Positions 21,527 to 31,336 of a stretch of DNA of 64,000 bases are shown here, piece after piece. This DNA is from an uncultured Acidobacteriota bacterium (GTDB taxonomy: Bacteria; Acidobacteriota; Blastocatellia; RBC074): contig CAWCKY010000007.1 of the NCBI GenBank assembly GCA_963796275.1, forward strand, positions 128,001-192,000. Reading direction: 5' to 3'. Below the pieces are notes generated by a model, which saw only the letters and a list, made by a program, of their open reading frames with translations, searched no databases and was not told the origin of the DNA. Numbering within the stretch: the stretch's first letter is position 1; each line of letters begins with the position of its first letter. The position numbers were made by a program, and so were the translations under genes.

Positions 21527-21543
21527 GGCAATCTTTGCGCCAA
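21527..21543 (-). promoter_or_regulatory. Putative sigma54 promoter of DUF3300-DUF2950
   Basis: Minus strand TTGGCGCAAAGATTGCC, GG-N10-GC, 50 bp before the ATG. Confidence 0.7.
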
Positions 21544-21644
21544 AAAAACGCTGGCCGCTAAATCTTCCGGATTTTGTGGAAGTGATTTAGATTGCTAGTC
21601 TTGCCAGGCTGATTCAGATTTGGGCAGAATATCCGCTCCCCAGT

Positions 21645-21672
21645 ATATTGGAGCGCCCACGAATTGTTGGAG
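21645..21672 (+). promoter_or_regulatory. 28-bp conserved motif, copy 3
   Basis: ATATTGGAGCGCCCACGAATTGTTGGAG. Confidence 0.72.
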
Positions 21673-21820
21673 GTCAGTTAATTCACACAGACCTGGCAGC
21701 ACGAGCGACGCCTGCGAAAACCCGCTGGATCTCTCCCTGCATTTCCCCCATATATTTATTGCCATCAATTATTGTGGAGGCGGGTGATGAACAGCCTTGT
21801 CCCAAACTTCATCGCTTAAT

Positions 21821-24454
21821 TCAGCGCCCGCGACCCCCGCCACGGAAGCCGCCACCACCACTACGAGAACCGCTCCCGCCCCGATAACTTCCTCCGCTAC
21901 GATGGCTGCCTGAACTATAACTCCCCACATTTCGATTACTGCTGCCGCTGGTACGGTAGTCGCCGAAGTCGTTTGTGCGCTTGGCCCCGCTCGAACGGGC
22001 TGACCTGTCGGATTCGAGCTGGCCATAGGTAGATTGATCTAGCTGTCTGCCCTGGCTTCCGAATTGGCCTCCCGACGTTGCTGAACCTCCGGCGCGGTCG
22101 CGAGATTGGGCGCTTCGTTGCTGCTGTGTGCGAGTCGCGTCTTTCCGAAACATCGGATCGTTCTCCGGGACCCCAGCTCGCTGAGCGGGCGATGCATCTT
22201 TCCGGAGCATCGGATCGTTGGCCGAAATTCCAGTCTGTCTCTGTTGCTGTCCCGGTGCCGCGTCCTGGCGCTGCGGCTTGTCGACCGGCTTCCATCCGCC
22301 GTTTTCAAACTTCTGCCAATTACCGCCATCGCTGCGTTTGTAGACGCTCCCATCCTGCCCCGCGTAGATATTGTTTCCGCTCGACCCGACGGAGCCGCCG
22401 CCTTCCGGCCCGCGCCGGCTGACCATTCCGCCTTCACCGGTCCGCGTCACGCGCGTCGTCTCTCCCGTCTGCCTGTTGGTGTACCGCTTGGTGTGGGCCC
22501 AGTCGTCTCCGCGCTGGACATTGGTCGACCCCCAATTGCCGTAGACGTTCGACCCCTGACGCGTCTGAGCGTAAGCGCCGGTGCGCGGGTTGTATGCTTG
22601 CGCATATCCGCGGGATCCGTAAGGCCCGTAAGCTGCTGCGCCTCGCGCATACGTCCCTGTGCTCGGATTATACCTGGCTCCATAATTTACTCCGCCGTAT
22701 GGGCCATAAATCCCACCCGCCGCGCCATAGGCGCCGTTATACGGGTTATACCAGGCGCCAGCGCCGTAGGTATGATGATAAGGGTAATAGATCGGATAAT
22801 AGCCTCCGTACCAGGCGTAAGGCGGGTAGTACCAGCCTGTCCCCCAGACGGTACATCCCCAGGCGATCATCATCCCGCTGTAGCCCGCCATGGCCGCCAC
22901 TGCCACCCATTCGCTGTCGCTCTCATCTTCCTTCACCGTTACATAGGTCACATTATGCGCCGGAGAACTGGGCGGAATTTCGTATATCGTACCCGGCACC
23001 GATCCCGTCACCTCCCACGGCCCTGTTGGACTTTTCGCCATAAACCAGACACCCTGGAAGCACATGTAATAGATGTCGCCGACCTTGATGATGTCCTTGT
23101 CGGTGTTGATCGCCCGCTCGACAGACGTCTTCTCGATGGCCTGGAACTGGGGATCGCCTTGATAGACGACTTCTGGCGCATTTACCTGTTTTTTATTGAC
23201 GCGGGCAGTTTGCGGTATTTGCGCAAGTAAGACGGCCTCGGCTGCCTGCCGTGTCCCCGGCACGGATGCGAGTACGCGCGAGCGCGGGTGCTCGAGCGAA
23301 ATCTTCTTGAAGTCCTCTGGGAGGTTAGTTGTGGCGAAGGTCCACGGACCTGTGAAATCGGGCGCCGTGAACCACCGGCCCGTCACAAGATAATAGACCG
23401 GGCCGCCTACCCATAAGCGAAAAAGATCGCTTTCAGTGTTGCTCACCCAAAGTAATTGCGTGCCAGGTACTAAAACGTACTTCGGATCACCCTTGAGCAA
23501 AATCATTTCGGAGGGCTCGAAGCTGACGAAGACCATCGGCGCTTTGTCCGCAAGTTTTTTGGCGGGCAGATTGGACTTTACGTCTTTAAAATTCTCGTCA
23601 GCGGGAAGTTTGTTGAAGCTCTGGGGTAGGTTGTCTGCCGACTCCCATGGGCCTTTCACGTTGGTCGCTTTGAGCCATTTGTCTTTGTTGCGCAGGTAGT
23701 AGCTGTTGGTCGGGCCATACTGAAAAACATCCCAGTTGGTGTTGATGGCGAACTTGAGATCGTTTTCCTTGATAGGGCTCCAGATAGGCTCGCCGTCGAA
23801 ATTGACCAATATCGCCGGCTTCTTACTGAAAAAGATAGTGGGCGGGTCCGATTTGATTCCCTCTACCTGCTTGGGAATGATCAGGCTCGTGTCTATATTG
23901 GCGAGAACGCGGTCGAGCGCAATGACCCGATCCTCTTTGGGGATCGCCTTGATGATTTCCGCGACGACCTCGTTGGCCTGCTCCTTCGAGAGCGTCGAGA
24001 AGTTCGATTCGGTGATCTTCAGCGACGCGAAGTTCACGAGCCGTTCATCAATGGATGCTTTTGTGTCCGCTTCAAGTTTGACGGTCCCGAGCGCGGGCTT
24101 GCTGGCGCCTTTCGATAGGTATGAGACGGCTGCGTAGGCTGTCATGTGTTGCTGGTTTTCCCAACTGGAGACCTGCGGCGCATAGAGAAGTATGTTGCCG
24201 CCGCTCGGAGTCTTGTAGGCGCGCGGCCAGCCCCCATCGACGGTCTGCGCCGCTGTCGCTACCCGGGCGGGAGACGTTGGTTGCGGCACGGCTTTTCTCG
24301 CCGGCGGCAACGGCGTCTGTGCCGGTACCGGCGCGCTGGATGAAGTAAACAGGATCAAGAGCATGGCGCTCGCAATGCAGCTCCACGTTTTATCATGACG
24401 TAATCGCATGTATTTATCAGAAAGCCTCATAGGTTTTGGCGTAGCGCCAGCCAT
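21821..24454 (-). CDS. Large exported hypothetical protein with Tyr/Gly-rich region and RGG tail
   Basis: 877 aa; signal peptide; repeated GPW motifs; YNPxTG repeats; GGGGFRGGGRGR end. Confidence 0.8.
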   Translation of the reverse strand: MAGATPKPMRLSDKYMRLRHDKTWSCIASAMLLILFTSSSAPVPAQTPLPPARKAVPQPTSPARVATAAQTVDGGWPRAYKTPSGGNILLYAPQVSSWENQQHMTAYAAVSYLSKGASKPALGTVKLEADTKASIDERLVNFASLKITESNFSTLSKEQANEVVAEIIKAIPKEDRVIALDRVLANIDTSLIIPKQVEGIKSDPPTIFFSKKPAILVNFDGEPIWSPIKENDLKFAINTNWDVFQYGPTNSYYLRNKDKWLKATNVKGPWESADNLPQSFNKLPADENFKDVKSNLPAKKLADKAPMVFVSFEPSEMILLKGDPKYVLVPGTQLLWVSNTESDLFRLWVGGPVYYLVTGRWFTAPDFTGPWTFATTNLPEDFKKISLEHPRSRVLASVPGTRQAAEAVLLAQIPQTARVNKKQVNAPEVVYQGDPQFQAIEKTSVERAINTDKDIIKVGDIYYMCFQGVWFMAKSPTGPWEVTGSVPGTIYEIPPSSPAHNVTYVTVKEDESDSEWVAVAAMAGYSGMMIAWGCTVWGTGWYYPPYAWYGGYYPIYYPYHHTYGAGAWYNPYNGAYGAAGGIYGPYGGVNYGARYNPSTGTYARGAAAYGPYGSRGYAQAYNPRTGAYAQTRQGSNVYGNWGSTNVQRGDDWAHTKRYTNRQTGETTRVTRTGEGGMVSRRGPEGGGSVGSSGNNIYAGQDGSVYKRSDGGNWQKFENGGWKPVDKPQRQDAAPGQQQRQTGISANDPMLRKDASPAQRAGVPENDPMFRKDATRTQQQRSAQSRDRAGGSATSGGQFGSQGRQLDQSTYGQLESDRSARSSGAKRTNDFGDYRTSGSSNRNVGSYSSGSHRSGGSYRGGSGSRSGGGGFRGGGRGR

Positions 24455-24527
24455 CGGAGTTCCACTAATCCCGGCACAATCTACATCCGGGTAAACTGTT
24501 TATCTTTGAAACTCCAAAATCGTATGT

Positions 24528-24543
24528 AGCAAGCTTGGGTCCA
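24528..24543 (-). promoter_or_regulatory. Possible sigma54 promoter
   Basis: Minus strand TGGACCCAAGCTTGCT, GG-N10-GC. Confidence 0.5.
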
Positions 24544-24794
24544 GACAAATAACTCTACCGGGGCATTTACAATGCTTTTTAGCAGAATACGTAGTTTGAT
24601 GGCACGTTCGAGTGCAATAGCTTGCGATACCGCTGACGAATCAGAAACGCGAGCAGCATCACGCATCTCAAAATATGTAGGTGATATTCGAGCAGATGAT
24701 TTAACCCTTCAGGACTGTGTGTTCAGCGGAATATAGAAATCCTTCAATATTGGAGCCTTTATAGGTGTGTTTCTTAGAGCTCAGGAGCGAAAGC

Positions 24795-24822
24795 CTCCAA
24801 TAATTCGTGGAGCCTCCAATAT
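24795..24822 (-). promoter_or_regulatory. 28-bp conserved motif, copy 4 (inverted)
   Basis: Reverse complement ATATTGGAGGCTCCACGAATTATTGGAG; extra half-site ATATTGGAG at 24747. Confidence 0.72.
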
Positions 24823-25231
24823 TATGGGGTGTGAAAGTGTGAGGTTGCTGTCATAGACACATTAAACCTTGAATGATGCGCCTACTCCAACACACCAAGA
24901 TCACCCTCAGCTTTCAAAGACAATTTTCGTAACAATTGCCCGCATTGTGTTGTGTGTCGTACTATCGATTCGGAAGAGGCATCTCCATCCGTCGTGGTAT
25001 TCTCATAGAACTTGTATGTTAACCAAGAAGCGAGAGGTGCCAGAAGACCAGAAGCCCGGACATCTGTTGCAACTCTCGGAGCGATGAGTCCGGCCGAATT
25101 CCCCCTGAATTTTCGCGGAGTCTCTTGTGACCAACCTGAATGTAGATGCTGGGAATCTTCGACAGAGGACAGCCGTTCATCAACAGTTTCGGTGTATTTT
25201 TGTTAGTTATTGCTATATGGAGTTTGGCTAA

Positions 25232-27337
25232 ATGAGAAAACTTCCCATTATTTTTATTTGTGCATTCTGTTTGATCTTCGTTCCCGTTCGTTTCGCTGAC
25301 GACGGGATGTGGACGTTTGACAACCCTCCGCTCAAGCAGTGGAAGGAGAAGTACGGGTTCGAACCGTCGCGCGAATGGCTGGATCACGTGCGGCTCTCCA
25401 CCGTGCGTTTGAGCGAGGGCGCGGGCGGCGGGACCGGATCCTTCATTTCGGCTGACGGCCTGGTCTTCACCAACCAGCACGTCGGGGCGGGGCAGGTCGC
25501 GAAGCTTTCGGCGAGCGGGCGTGATTTCGTCAAGGAAGGTTTTTACGCCTCAACGCGCCAGGAAGAATTGAAATGCCTCGACCTCGAAGTCAATGTGCTG
25601 GTCTCTTACGAGGATGTGACTAAGCGAGTACAGGGCGCGGTCAAATCCGAAGCCTCGGACAAAGAAGCCGCCGCGCAGCGCAAGGCCGAGATGGCTGCGA
25701 TAGAAAAAGAAGAATCGGCGAAGTCAGGCCCTGATGCCTTGATGCGGTGCGAAGTCGTGACGCTTTACAACGGCGGCGAATATTGGCTTTACCGCTTCAA
25801 GCGATATACCGATGTGCGGCTGGTCTTTTCGCCCGAGGAGCAGATCGCATATTTCGGCGGCGATTATGACAACTTCACTTTTCCGCGTCACGACCTGGAC
25901 ATCACTTTCTTCCGCGTTTACGAAGAGGGGCGGCCCGCTAAGATCGAGCATTATTTGAAATGGGCGTCGCCTGCTTCAGGAGAATCGGTCGGCGAGGGTG
26001 AGCTGGTTATCGTGCCGGGATTTCCCGGATCGACCGCGCGGTTGTTGACCGTCGCGCAACTGCGTTATCAACGCGATGTCGGGAATCCGCTGCAAATGCA
26101 GGTGTGGACTTCGCGCAGCGCCGCATTGAAGAATTACGCCAAGCGCGGCCCCGAGCAACAACGACAGGCATCGCAGTCGATCCGCGGTCTGGAGAATTCG
26201 ATCAAGCGGCTGGTCGGCCAACAGGCGGGCCTGGAAAATCCGCGCATCTTCAAAAAGAAAGAAGACGAAGAGACCGCGCTGCGGAAAGCCATCTCGTCTA
26301 AAATCGAATGGCAGCGCGCTTACGGCGACGCATGGACGCGGATCGAGAAGGCTTATGCGTCTCTGCCCGCTATGTCGAATCGGATCGCTTTCTCTAATCT
26401 CACGGCCTCACGGCTCGGCGCGACCGCGTCATCTTTCGTGCGCTATGCCGAAGAGATCGGCAAGCCGAACGAACAACGCCACGAGGAGTTCCGCGACAAT
26501 CGAATCGCGGCGCTGAAGCGCAACCTGCTCTCACCCGCGCCGATCTACCCTGAAATGGAGGTGGCGTTACTGGCGGCCTGGCTGGAAGAGGGGCAAAAGG
26601 CTCTTGGCCGTGACGACCCATTCGTTCGAGCGGCGCTCGCCGGTTCGACTCCGGCCGAACTAGCGAAGCGAGTCATCGGCGGAACGAAGCTACACGATGT
26701 CGCGTTCCGCCAAGCGTTGTTTGAAGGCGGCGCTGAAGCGATCAGCAAATCCGACGATTCGCTTATTGACCTCGCGCGCAGAATCGAGCCGATCGTGCGC
26801 GAGTTGCGCACCTGGAATGAAGAGAATATCCAGAACATCGAAACCGGCGCAGGTGAGAAAATCGCCAACGCGCGGTTCGCTGTCTACGGCAAAACGGTCT
26901 ATCCGGACGCCAACTTCAATTTGAGGATCGAATACGGAACAGTCGCGGGCTACGAAGAAGACACGACACTCGTTCCATTTAAGACGACGTTCTACGGGTT
27001 GTTCGATCGCGCAGCCAGCTTCAATGAGAAGCCGCCTTACCATTTGCCGCCGCGTTGGAAAGAAGCTAAATCCAGGTTGGACTTAGCGACGCCGCTCAAC
27101 TTCGTCTATTCAGCGGATACCATCGGCGGCAACTCCGGCAGCCCCATCATCAATCGCAAAGCCGAGATCGTCGGTATAAATTTCGACAGCAATATTCAGA
27201 AATTGCCGAATCGGTATCTCTACATCGACGAAAGCGAGGGCGCGCGGGCTGTGGGCGTACACACGGCTGCAGTCATCGAAGCGCTGCAGAAGTTGTACGG
27301 CGCGGGAAAGCTGGTGGAGGAAATCAAAGGGAAGTGA
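25232..27337 (+). CDS. S46-family dipeptidyl peptidase
   Basis: ADDGMW N-terminus, TNQHV, PRHDLD, YPDAN, GGNSGSP, NFDSN. Confidence 0.93.
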   Translation: MRKLPIIFICAFCLIFVPVRFADDGMWTFDNPPLKQWKEKYGFEPSREWLDHVRLSTVRLSEGAGGGTGSFISADGLVFTNQHVGAGQVAKLSASGRDFVKEGFYASTRQEELKCLDLEVNVLVSYEDVTKRVQGAVKSEASDKEAAAQRKAEMAAIEKEESAKSGPDALMRCEVVTLYNGGEYWLYRFKRYTDVRLVFSPEEQIAYFGGDYDNFTFPRHDLDITFFRVYEEGRPAKIEHYLKWASPASGESVGEGELVIVPGFPGSTARLLTVAQLRYQRDVGNPLQMQVWTSRSAALKNYAKRGPEQQRQASQSIRGLENSIKRLVGQQAGLENPRIFKKKEDEETALRKAISSKIEWQRAYGDAWTRIEKAYASLPAMSNRIAFSNLTASRLGATASSFVRYAEEIGKPNEQRHEEFRDNRIAALKRNLLSPAPIYPEMEVALLAAWLEEGQKALGRDDPFVRAALAGSTPAELAKRVIGGTKLHDVAFRQALFEGGAEAISKSDDSLIDLARRIEPIVRELRTWNEENIQNIETGAGEKIANARFAVYGKTVYPDANFNLRIEYGTVAGYEEDTTLVPFKTTFYGLFDRAASFNEKPPYHLPPRWKEAKSRLDLATPLNFVYSADTIGGNSGSPIINRKAEIVGINFDSNIQKLPNRYLYIDESEGARAVGVHTAAVIEALQKLYGAGKLVEEIKGK

Positions 27338-27444
27338 CGAAATCGCACTGATCGATGCGGAGCCCCGCGGCGGCGACCCCAGGACGGTATTCCGTGATTT
27401 ACACCCATTCCGGGCGAGGAGCCCGTGAAAGAGAAGGGAATTGG

Positions 27445-28833
27445 ATGAAAACGAACACATTCTCAGTCTCTATCTATTCGGCGATATTCAAACTGAGCGT
27501 CTGCGGCTTTGTTCTTCTCGCGGCGATTCCAATCGGTGCGCAAAGACAAGCCGTTCAAGACAATTGGCCGTCGTTTCGCGGCAATCACGCGGCTGGCGTG
27601 GCTGACGGGCAAAATCTTCCCGAGGTCTGGGACGGCGAGAAGGGAACAGCTATCAGATGGAAATCCGCTATTCCCGGATTGGCGCATTCGAGCCCGATTG
27701 TCTGGAGCGACAAAATATTCGTCACAACGGCGATCAGCAGTCGCGGTACGGCCAACTTCAAACCGGGCCTTTACGGGGACGGCGACGCGTCAGATGATCG
27801 TTCTACTCACCGATGGAAGGTTATCTGCCTACGCAAAAAGACGGGCCAGGTAGTTTGGGAACGGACGGCTTACCAAGGTTCCCCGGTCGACAAACGTCAC
27901 ATCAAATCTACCTACGCCAGCTCCACGCCCGCGACCGACGGGCGTTACGTCGTCGCACTCTTCGGCTCGCAGGGGCTTTACGCCTTCGATATGAATGGCC
28001 GCCCCGCGTGGAAGAAAGATTTGGGGCGGATGGATATGGGAGCCTACGACGTGCCCGATTATGAGTGGGGGCCGGCCAGTTCGCCCATCATCTACAAAAA
28101 TATGGTCATCGTTCAGGTCGATCAGCAGAAGGCATCGTTCCTGATCGCCATCAACATCGAGAACGGCACCACCGCATGGAAAAGCGAGCGCGACGAGTTG
28201 CCTTCGTGGGGCACGCCCACGATCTATCCGGGCAAAAATCGGGTTGAGCTGGTTACCAACGGATCGAAATTCATTCGCGCCTACGACCCGGAGACCGGCA
28301 AAGAGCTATGGCGTTTAGGCGGGAGCTCGAAGATCACCGCGCCCACGCCGGTCTTCACCAATGACCTGATCGTCGTCGCCAGCGGGCGCCGCCCTGAAAT
28401 GCCAATCTTCGCCATTCGCGCGGGAGCGAGCGGCGATATCACGTTGAAAGCGGGCGAGAGCTCGAATGAGGGCGTTATCTGGTCGAAGCAGCAGGTCGGG
28501 CCGTATATGCCCACGCCGCTCATCTACCGCGGGTTGCTTTACACGCTTCGCAATCAGGGCATCATCTCCTGTTACGATCTGGCAACCGGGGAAGAGAAAT
28601 ATACCGAAAGGGTTCCTCATCAGGGCAGCGGGTTCAGCGCATCGCCTGTGGCATCGGACGGCAAAATCTATCTGGCGAGCGAAGACGGCGACATCTTCGT
28701 GGTCAGGGCAGGCGCGAAATTCGAACTGCTCAACAAAAATGGCGTTGGCCAGTTGCTGATGGCGACGCCCGCGATTTCAGAAGGCATGATGTTTCTTCGC
28801 GCCGAGCGCGACCTGTTCGCGATCGGTCGTTGA
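27445..28833 (+). CDS. PQQ-like beta-propeller repeat exported protein
   Basis: [33 protein letters not shown] repeats. Confidence 0.88.
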   Translation: MKTNTFSVSIYSAIFKLSVCGFVLLAAIPIGAQRQAVQDNWPSFRGNHAAGVADGQNLPEVWDGEKGTAIRWKSAIPGLAHSSPIVWSDKIFVTTAISSRGTANFKPGLYGDGDASDDRSTHRWKVICLRKKTGQVVWERTAYQGSPVDKRHIKSTYASSTPATDGRYVVALFGSQGLYAFDMNGRPAWKKDLGRMDMGAYDVPDYEWGPASSPIIYKNMVIVQVDQQKASFLIAINIENGTTAWKSERDELPSWGTPTIYPGKNRVELVTNGSKFIRAYDPETGKELWRLGGSSKITAPTPVFTNDLIVVASGRRPEMPIFAIRAGASGDITLKAGESSNEGVIWSKQQVGPYMPTPLIYRGLLYTLRNQGIISCYDLATGEEKYTERVPHQGSGFSASPVASDGKIYLASEDGDIFVVRAGAKFELLNKNGVGQLLMATPAISEGMMFLRAERDLFAIGR

Positions 28834-28986
28834 TAGGTCCAACGGCGGCATCGTATAGAAAGAAGGGCATTCGTGGTTGGATGTTTTTATTGAGGGCTGA
28901 TGCACGTTAGTCCCCATTCGATAGAGACATAACAATTCTTTCGCAACTTTTCACGCGCTGAAGGCGAACAGGCTCTATCTCGCCCT

Positions 28987-30825
28987 CTATTTTCCTGGTC
29001 GGGACTTCCTGAAATAGGTGTTATAACTTTCCATTTCCAGATCGAAGTAGGGAACGAAGACAAGTTCCTTGCCGTTAACAAACGCAACGTAGCCATCCAG
29101 CCGTCCTTCGACAGGCTTCAGCGCCTCAGGCAGATCGATGGGGGTTTCAGCAAGCCCGTCCCAGGGATTGAGACCGACATACATAACAGCGCCGCGCAGC
29201 ATCGCCACGACTTCAGGGTGGCTCTCATCTATCGGCAGTGTTCGCCATGTTTGCGGCACGACGACATCAACCGTATCGCCCTTCTTCCAGACACGCTCAA
29301 TCGCCGCATAACGCCCCGCTAACACGGGGGCGGCGGGCCGGCCGTTCAGGCTAATCGTCGCACCGCTTGTCCACGCCGGGATGCGTACCTTAAGTATGAA
29401 TTTTCCACCGGAGCGGATCGTGATTCCGCAAGTGTCTTCAGAGGGGTAATTCGTCGCCTGCGCGATTTCGACCGTGCCGCCCGGCCTTTTCCAACTGACC
29501 GTCGAAGGCGTGAACAAATTGACGTAAAGTGAGTCGTCGTCGTGAAAATATATATCGCGCACGTAATCGGCAACGCATTGCATCAGCGTGCCCGAACAAC
29601 AGGGCCATTTGCGGTGGTAATACTTCTTGACGGCATTGGCTCCGTAATTCGAGTAATACGGGTAACCACCGTCGTTGTCGGGCGAACGCGTCGCCAGAAT
29701 AGTGTTATAGAGCGTGCTTTCCAGCCCGTCCGCATAACGCGGGTCACCGGTCAGGCGAATGAGGTAGCGCGCCAGTTTCAGATCTGCATAACTTCCGCAC
29801 GGCGTTTCAAAATGGGCTGTGGAACTGGATAGGCTTTCGAACAGCTTGCCCTTACCCGGCTGAATGAACTGCTCTTCTGGTCCCCAACCACCGGATGCGA
29901 AGCGTTGCGGCTCCAGGAATCTCCAGGCATTCTCCAGCGCTTTCCTATATTTGGGATTGCCGGTCGCGAGATAGGCCTGCCCGCCCGAGCTCAGCGCGAT
30001 GGTATGGCTATAGGCGTGCTTGGTGGGTAATACGTCCTTTCCCGCCGCCAACGGGTCGAACCATTCAGTATCTAAAAGATAGTGGACGGCCAGATCATAA
30101 TATTTTTTGTCGCCGATTACTTCGGCCGCTGAGAACAGGTTTTCTGACAGCACATATGTTTCATCGTATGGCGGATCCTTCTTACCGATCCGGTCTCTGC
30201 TCACCGGCGAGAAGTAGGGGCGGCATTTTGCTATCACCTCCGGCAGCAATTCTTTTGCCTGCTCGATGCCGCTCAGCCGGTAGGCGTCAATCAAGCCGAC
30301 AACATACTTGTCCATCACATACGCCGGCCACATTTTTTCTGCGCCCGGCCCGGCATAAGGGTTATCGGTTCGCGAGAGAAATTCTCCGAACCCGGCTACC
30401 AGGGCGCGCACCTTGCTGTGGCACGCTTTATCCCCCGTCGCCGCACCGATCCGCGAGAGGCCGGAGATATACTGCCCAAAAGTCAGCGCGGGTACGAAGC
30501 CATTAGAATCATACCAGCCGCCCATATCCGGCCCGGGAGCGGGGAGGCCGACTCGCTGGCGGAAGACCTTGAGCAGCCGGTCATTCGATAAGGAAAGGTA
30601 ATGCGTATGAATCCGGTCGTACTGGTGCTTGAGCAACCCGCCGGTCAGCCTTACTGTCCCGAAAGGAAACTCGCGCACTACCTCTACGCCCGCGGTCGTG
30701 GCAGTCTTAGCCAGCGTCTGGCCCTGCAACACCGAGAGTGTTGTGGCGGCTGCCGTACAAGCAGACCAACCAAGCATTTCGCGGCGTGATAAGCTGCAAT
30801 TCGCATCTCCGGTCGTGTCTTTCAC
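28987..30825 (-). CDS. GH127/GH146-like beta-L-arabinofuranosidase-family glycoside hydrolase, Tat signal
   Basis: SRREML; HAYSH, FETPC, WPCCSGT, LYVNLF, VRIPAW; GTG start at 30825 after GAGGAGG. Confidence 0.85.
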   Translation of the reverse strand: MKDTTGDANCSLSRREMLGWSACTAAATTLSVLQGQTLAKTATTAGVEVVREFPFGTVRLTGGLLKHQYDRIHTHYLSLSNDRLLKVFRQRVGLPAPGPDMGGWYDSNGFVPALTFGQYISGLSRIGAATGDKACHSKVRALVAGFGEFLSRTDNPYAGPGAEKMWPAYVMDKYVVGLIDAYRLSGIEQAKELLPEVIAKCRPYFSPVSRDRIGKKDPPYDETYVLSENLFSAAEVIGDKKYYDLAVHYLLDTEWFDPLAAGKDVLPTKHAYSHTIALSSGGQAYLATGNPKYRKALENAWRFLEPQRFASGGWGPEEQFIQPGKGKLFESLSSSTAHFETPCGSYADLKLARYLIRLTGDPRYADGLESTLYNTILATRSPDNDGGYPYYSNYGANAVKKYYHRKWPCCSGTLMQCVADYVRDIYFHDDDSLYVNLFTPSTVSWKRPGGTVEIAQATNYPSEDTCGITIRSGGKFILKVRIPAWTSGATISLNGRPAAPVLAGRYAAIERVWKKGDTVDVVVPQTWRTLPIDESHPEVVAMLRGAVMYVGLNPWDGLAETPIDLPEALKPVEGRLDGYVAFVNGKELVFVPYFDLEMESYNTYFRKSRPGK

Positions 30826-30840
30826 ATTCCTCCTCTGGAA

Positions 30841-31316
30841 GCGCCTGTGTTCGCACGCTTCCAGCGTGCTGGATTTCGGCAAATGGACCCATAGCTAAAA
30901 CTCGGCACGCTGGAAGATTCTGCTGGCGAATCAGTACCGCTGATGCGCACCAAGATCAGGATAAGGCGGGTTCCTTTGCCCCAATGGGGCCCCCAATATA
31001 GTAGCCAGGGGTGAAGCGCATAGCGCGTAGCCCCTGGAACGCATCACCAAGAAGCGCCGAGCCCTGAAAGGGCGTCATAACGAGCGATTTATTGCGCCCC
31101 TACTACAGGGCTTAACGACTTGCTTGCCATCTACCAGGGGCTACGCGCTGCGCGCTTCACCCCTGGCTGTTAGATTTGCGCGCCGTTGGCGCTTAATGGA
31201 CAAGATTGTACAAAGTTGACAGCTTATCTTGTTGCACATGCACCACCGCTCGCGGTACTGATTCGTTGTCCAAAATGAATTTACCAGCAAAATCTGGAAG
31301 CGGCGAACCCCGGCGC
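30841..31316. repeat. REP-doublet host (GCACGCTTCCAGCGTGC...GCACGCTGGAAG) interrupted by an insertion
   Basis: Arms at ~30841-30869 and 30905-30916/31294-31316; the same family is at 39222-39691 in reverse orientation. Confidence 0.7.
30917..31293. mobile_element. MITE-like non-autonomous element, copy 1 (377 bp)
   Basis: Ends ATTCTGCTGGCGAAT / ATTTACCAGCAAAAT; flanked by a direct CTGGAAG repeat; near-identical to 39241..39616. Confidence 0.8.
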
Positions 31317-31336
31317 AATTCACTGTTTCATTTTTT

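Noticed and set aside
22106-23230. 374-aa plus-strand ORF and the many other antisense or overlapping ORFs in the track
   Set aside because: These are shadow frames of well-supported genes in GC-rich DNA, with no motifs or RBS.
15816-24822. 28-bp repeats as a CRISPR array
   Set aside because: Copies are kilobases apart, separated by whole genes, one is inverted, and no cas genes are present.
27445-28833. bamB or a PQQ-dependent dehydrogenase
   Set aside because: There is no lipobox or BAM gene context, and it looks like a generic expanded propeller family.
31141-31323. Short ORFs within or over the MITE copies (also 39516..39723) as a transposase
   Set aside because: They are ~60 aa, have no DDE/HUH motifs and lie across palindromic repeats.
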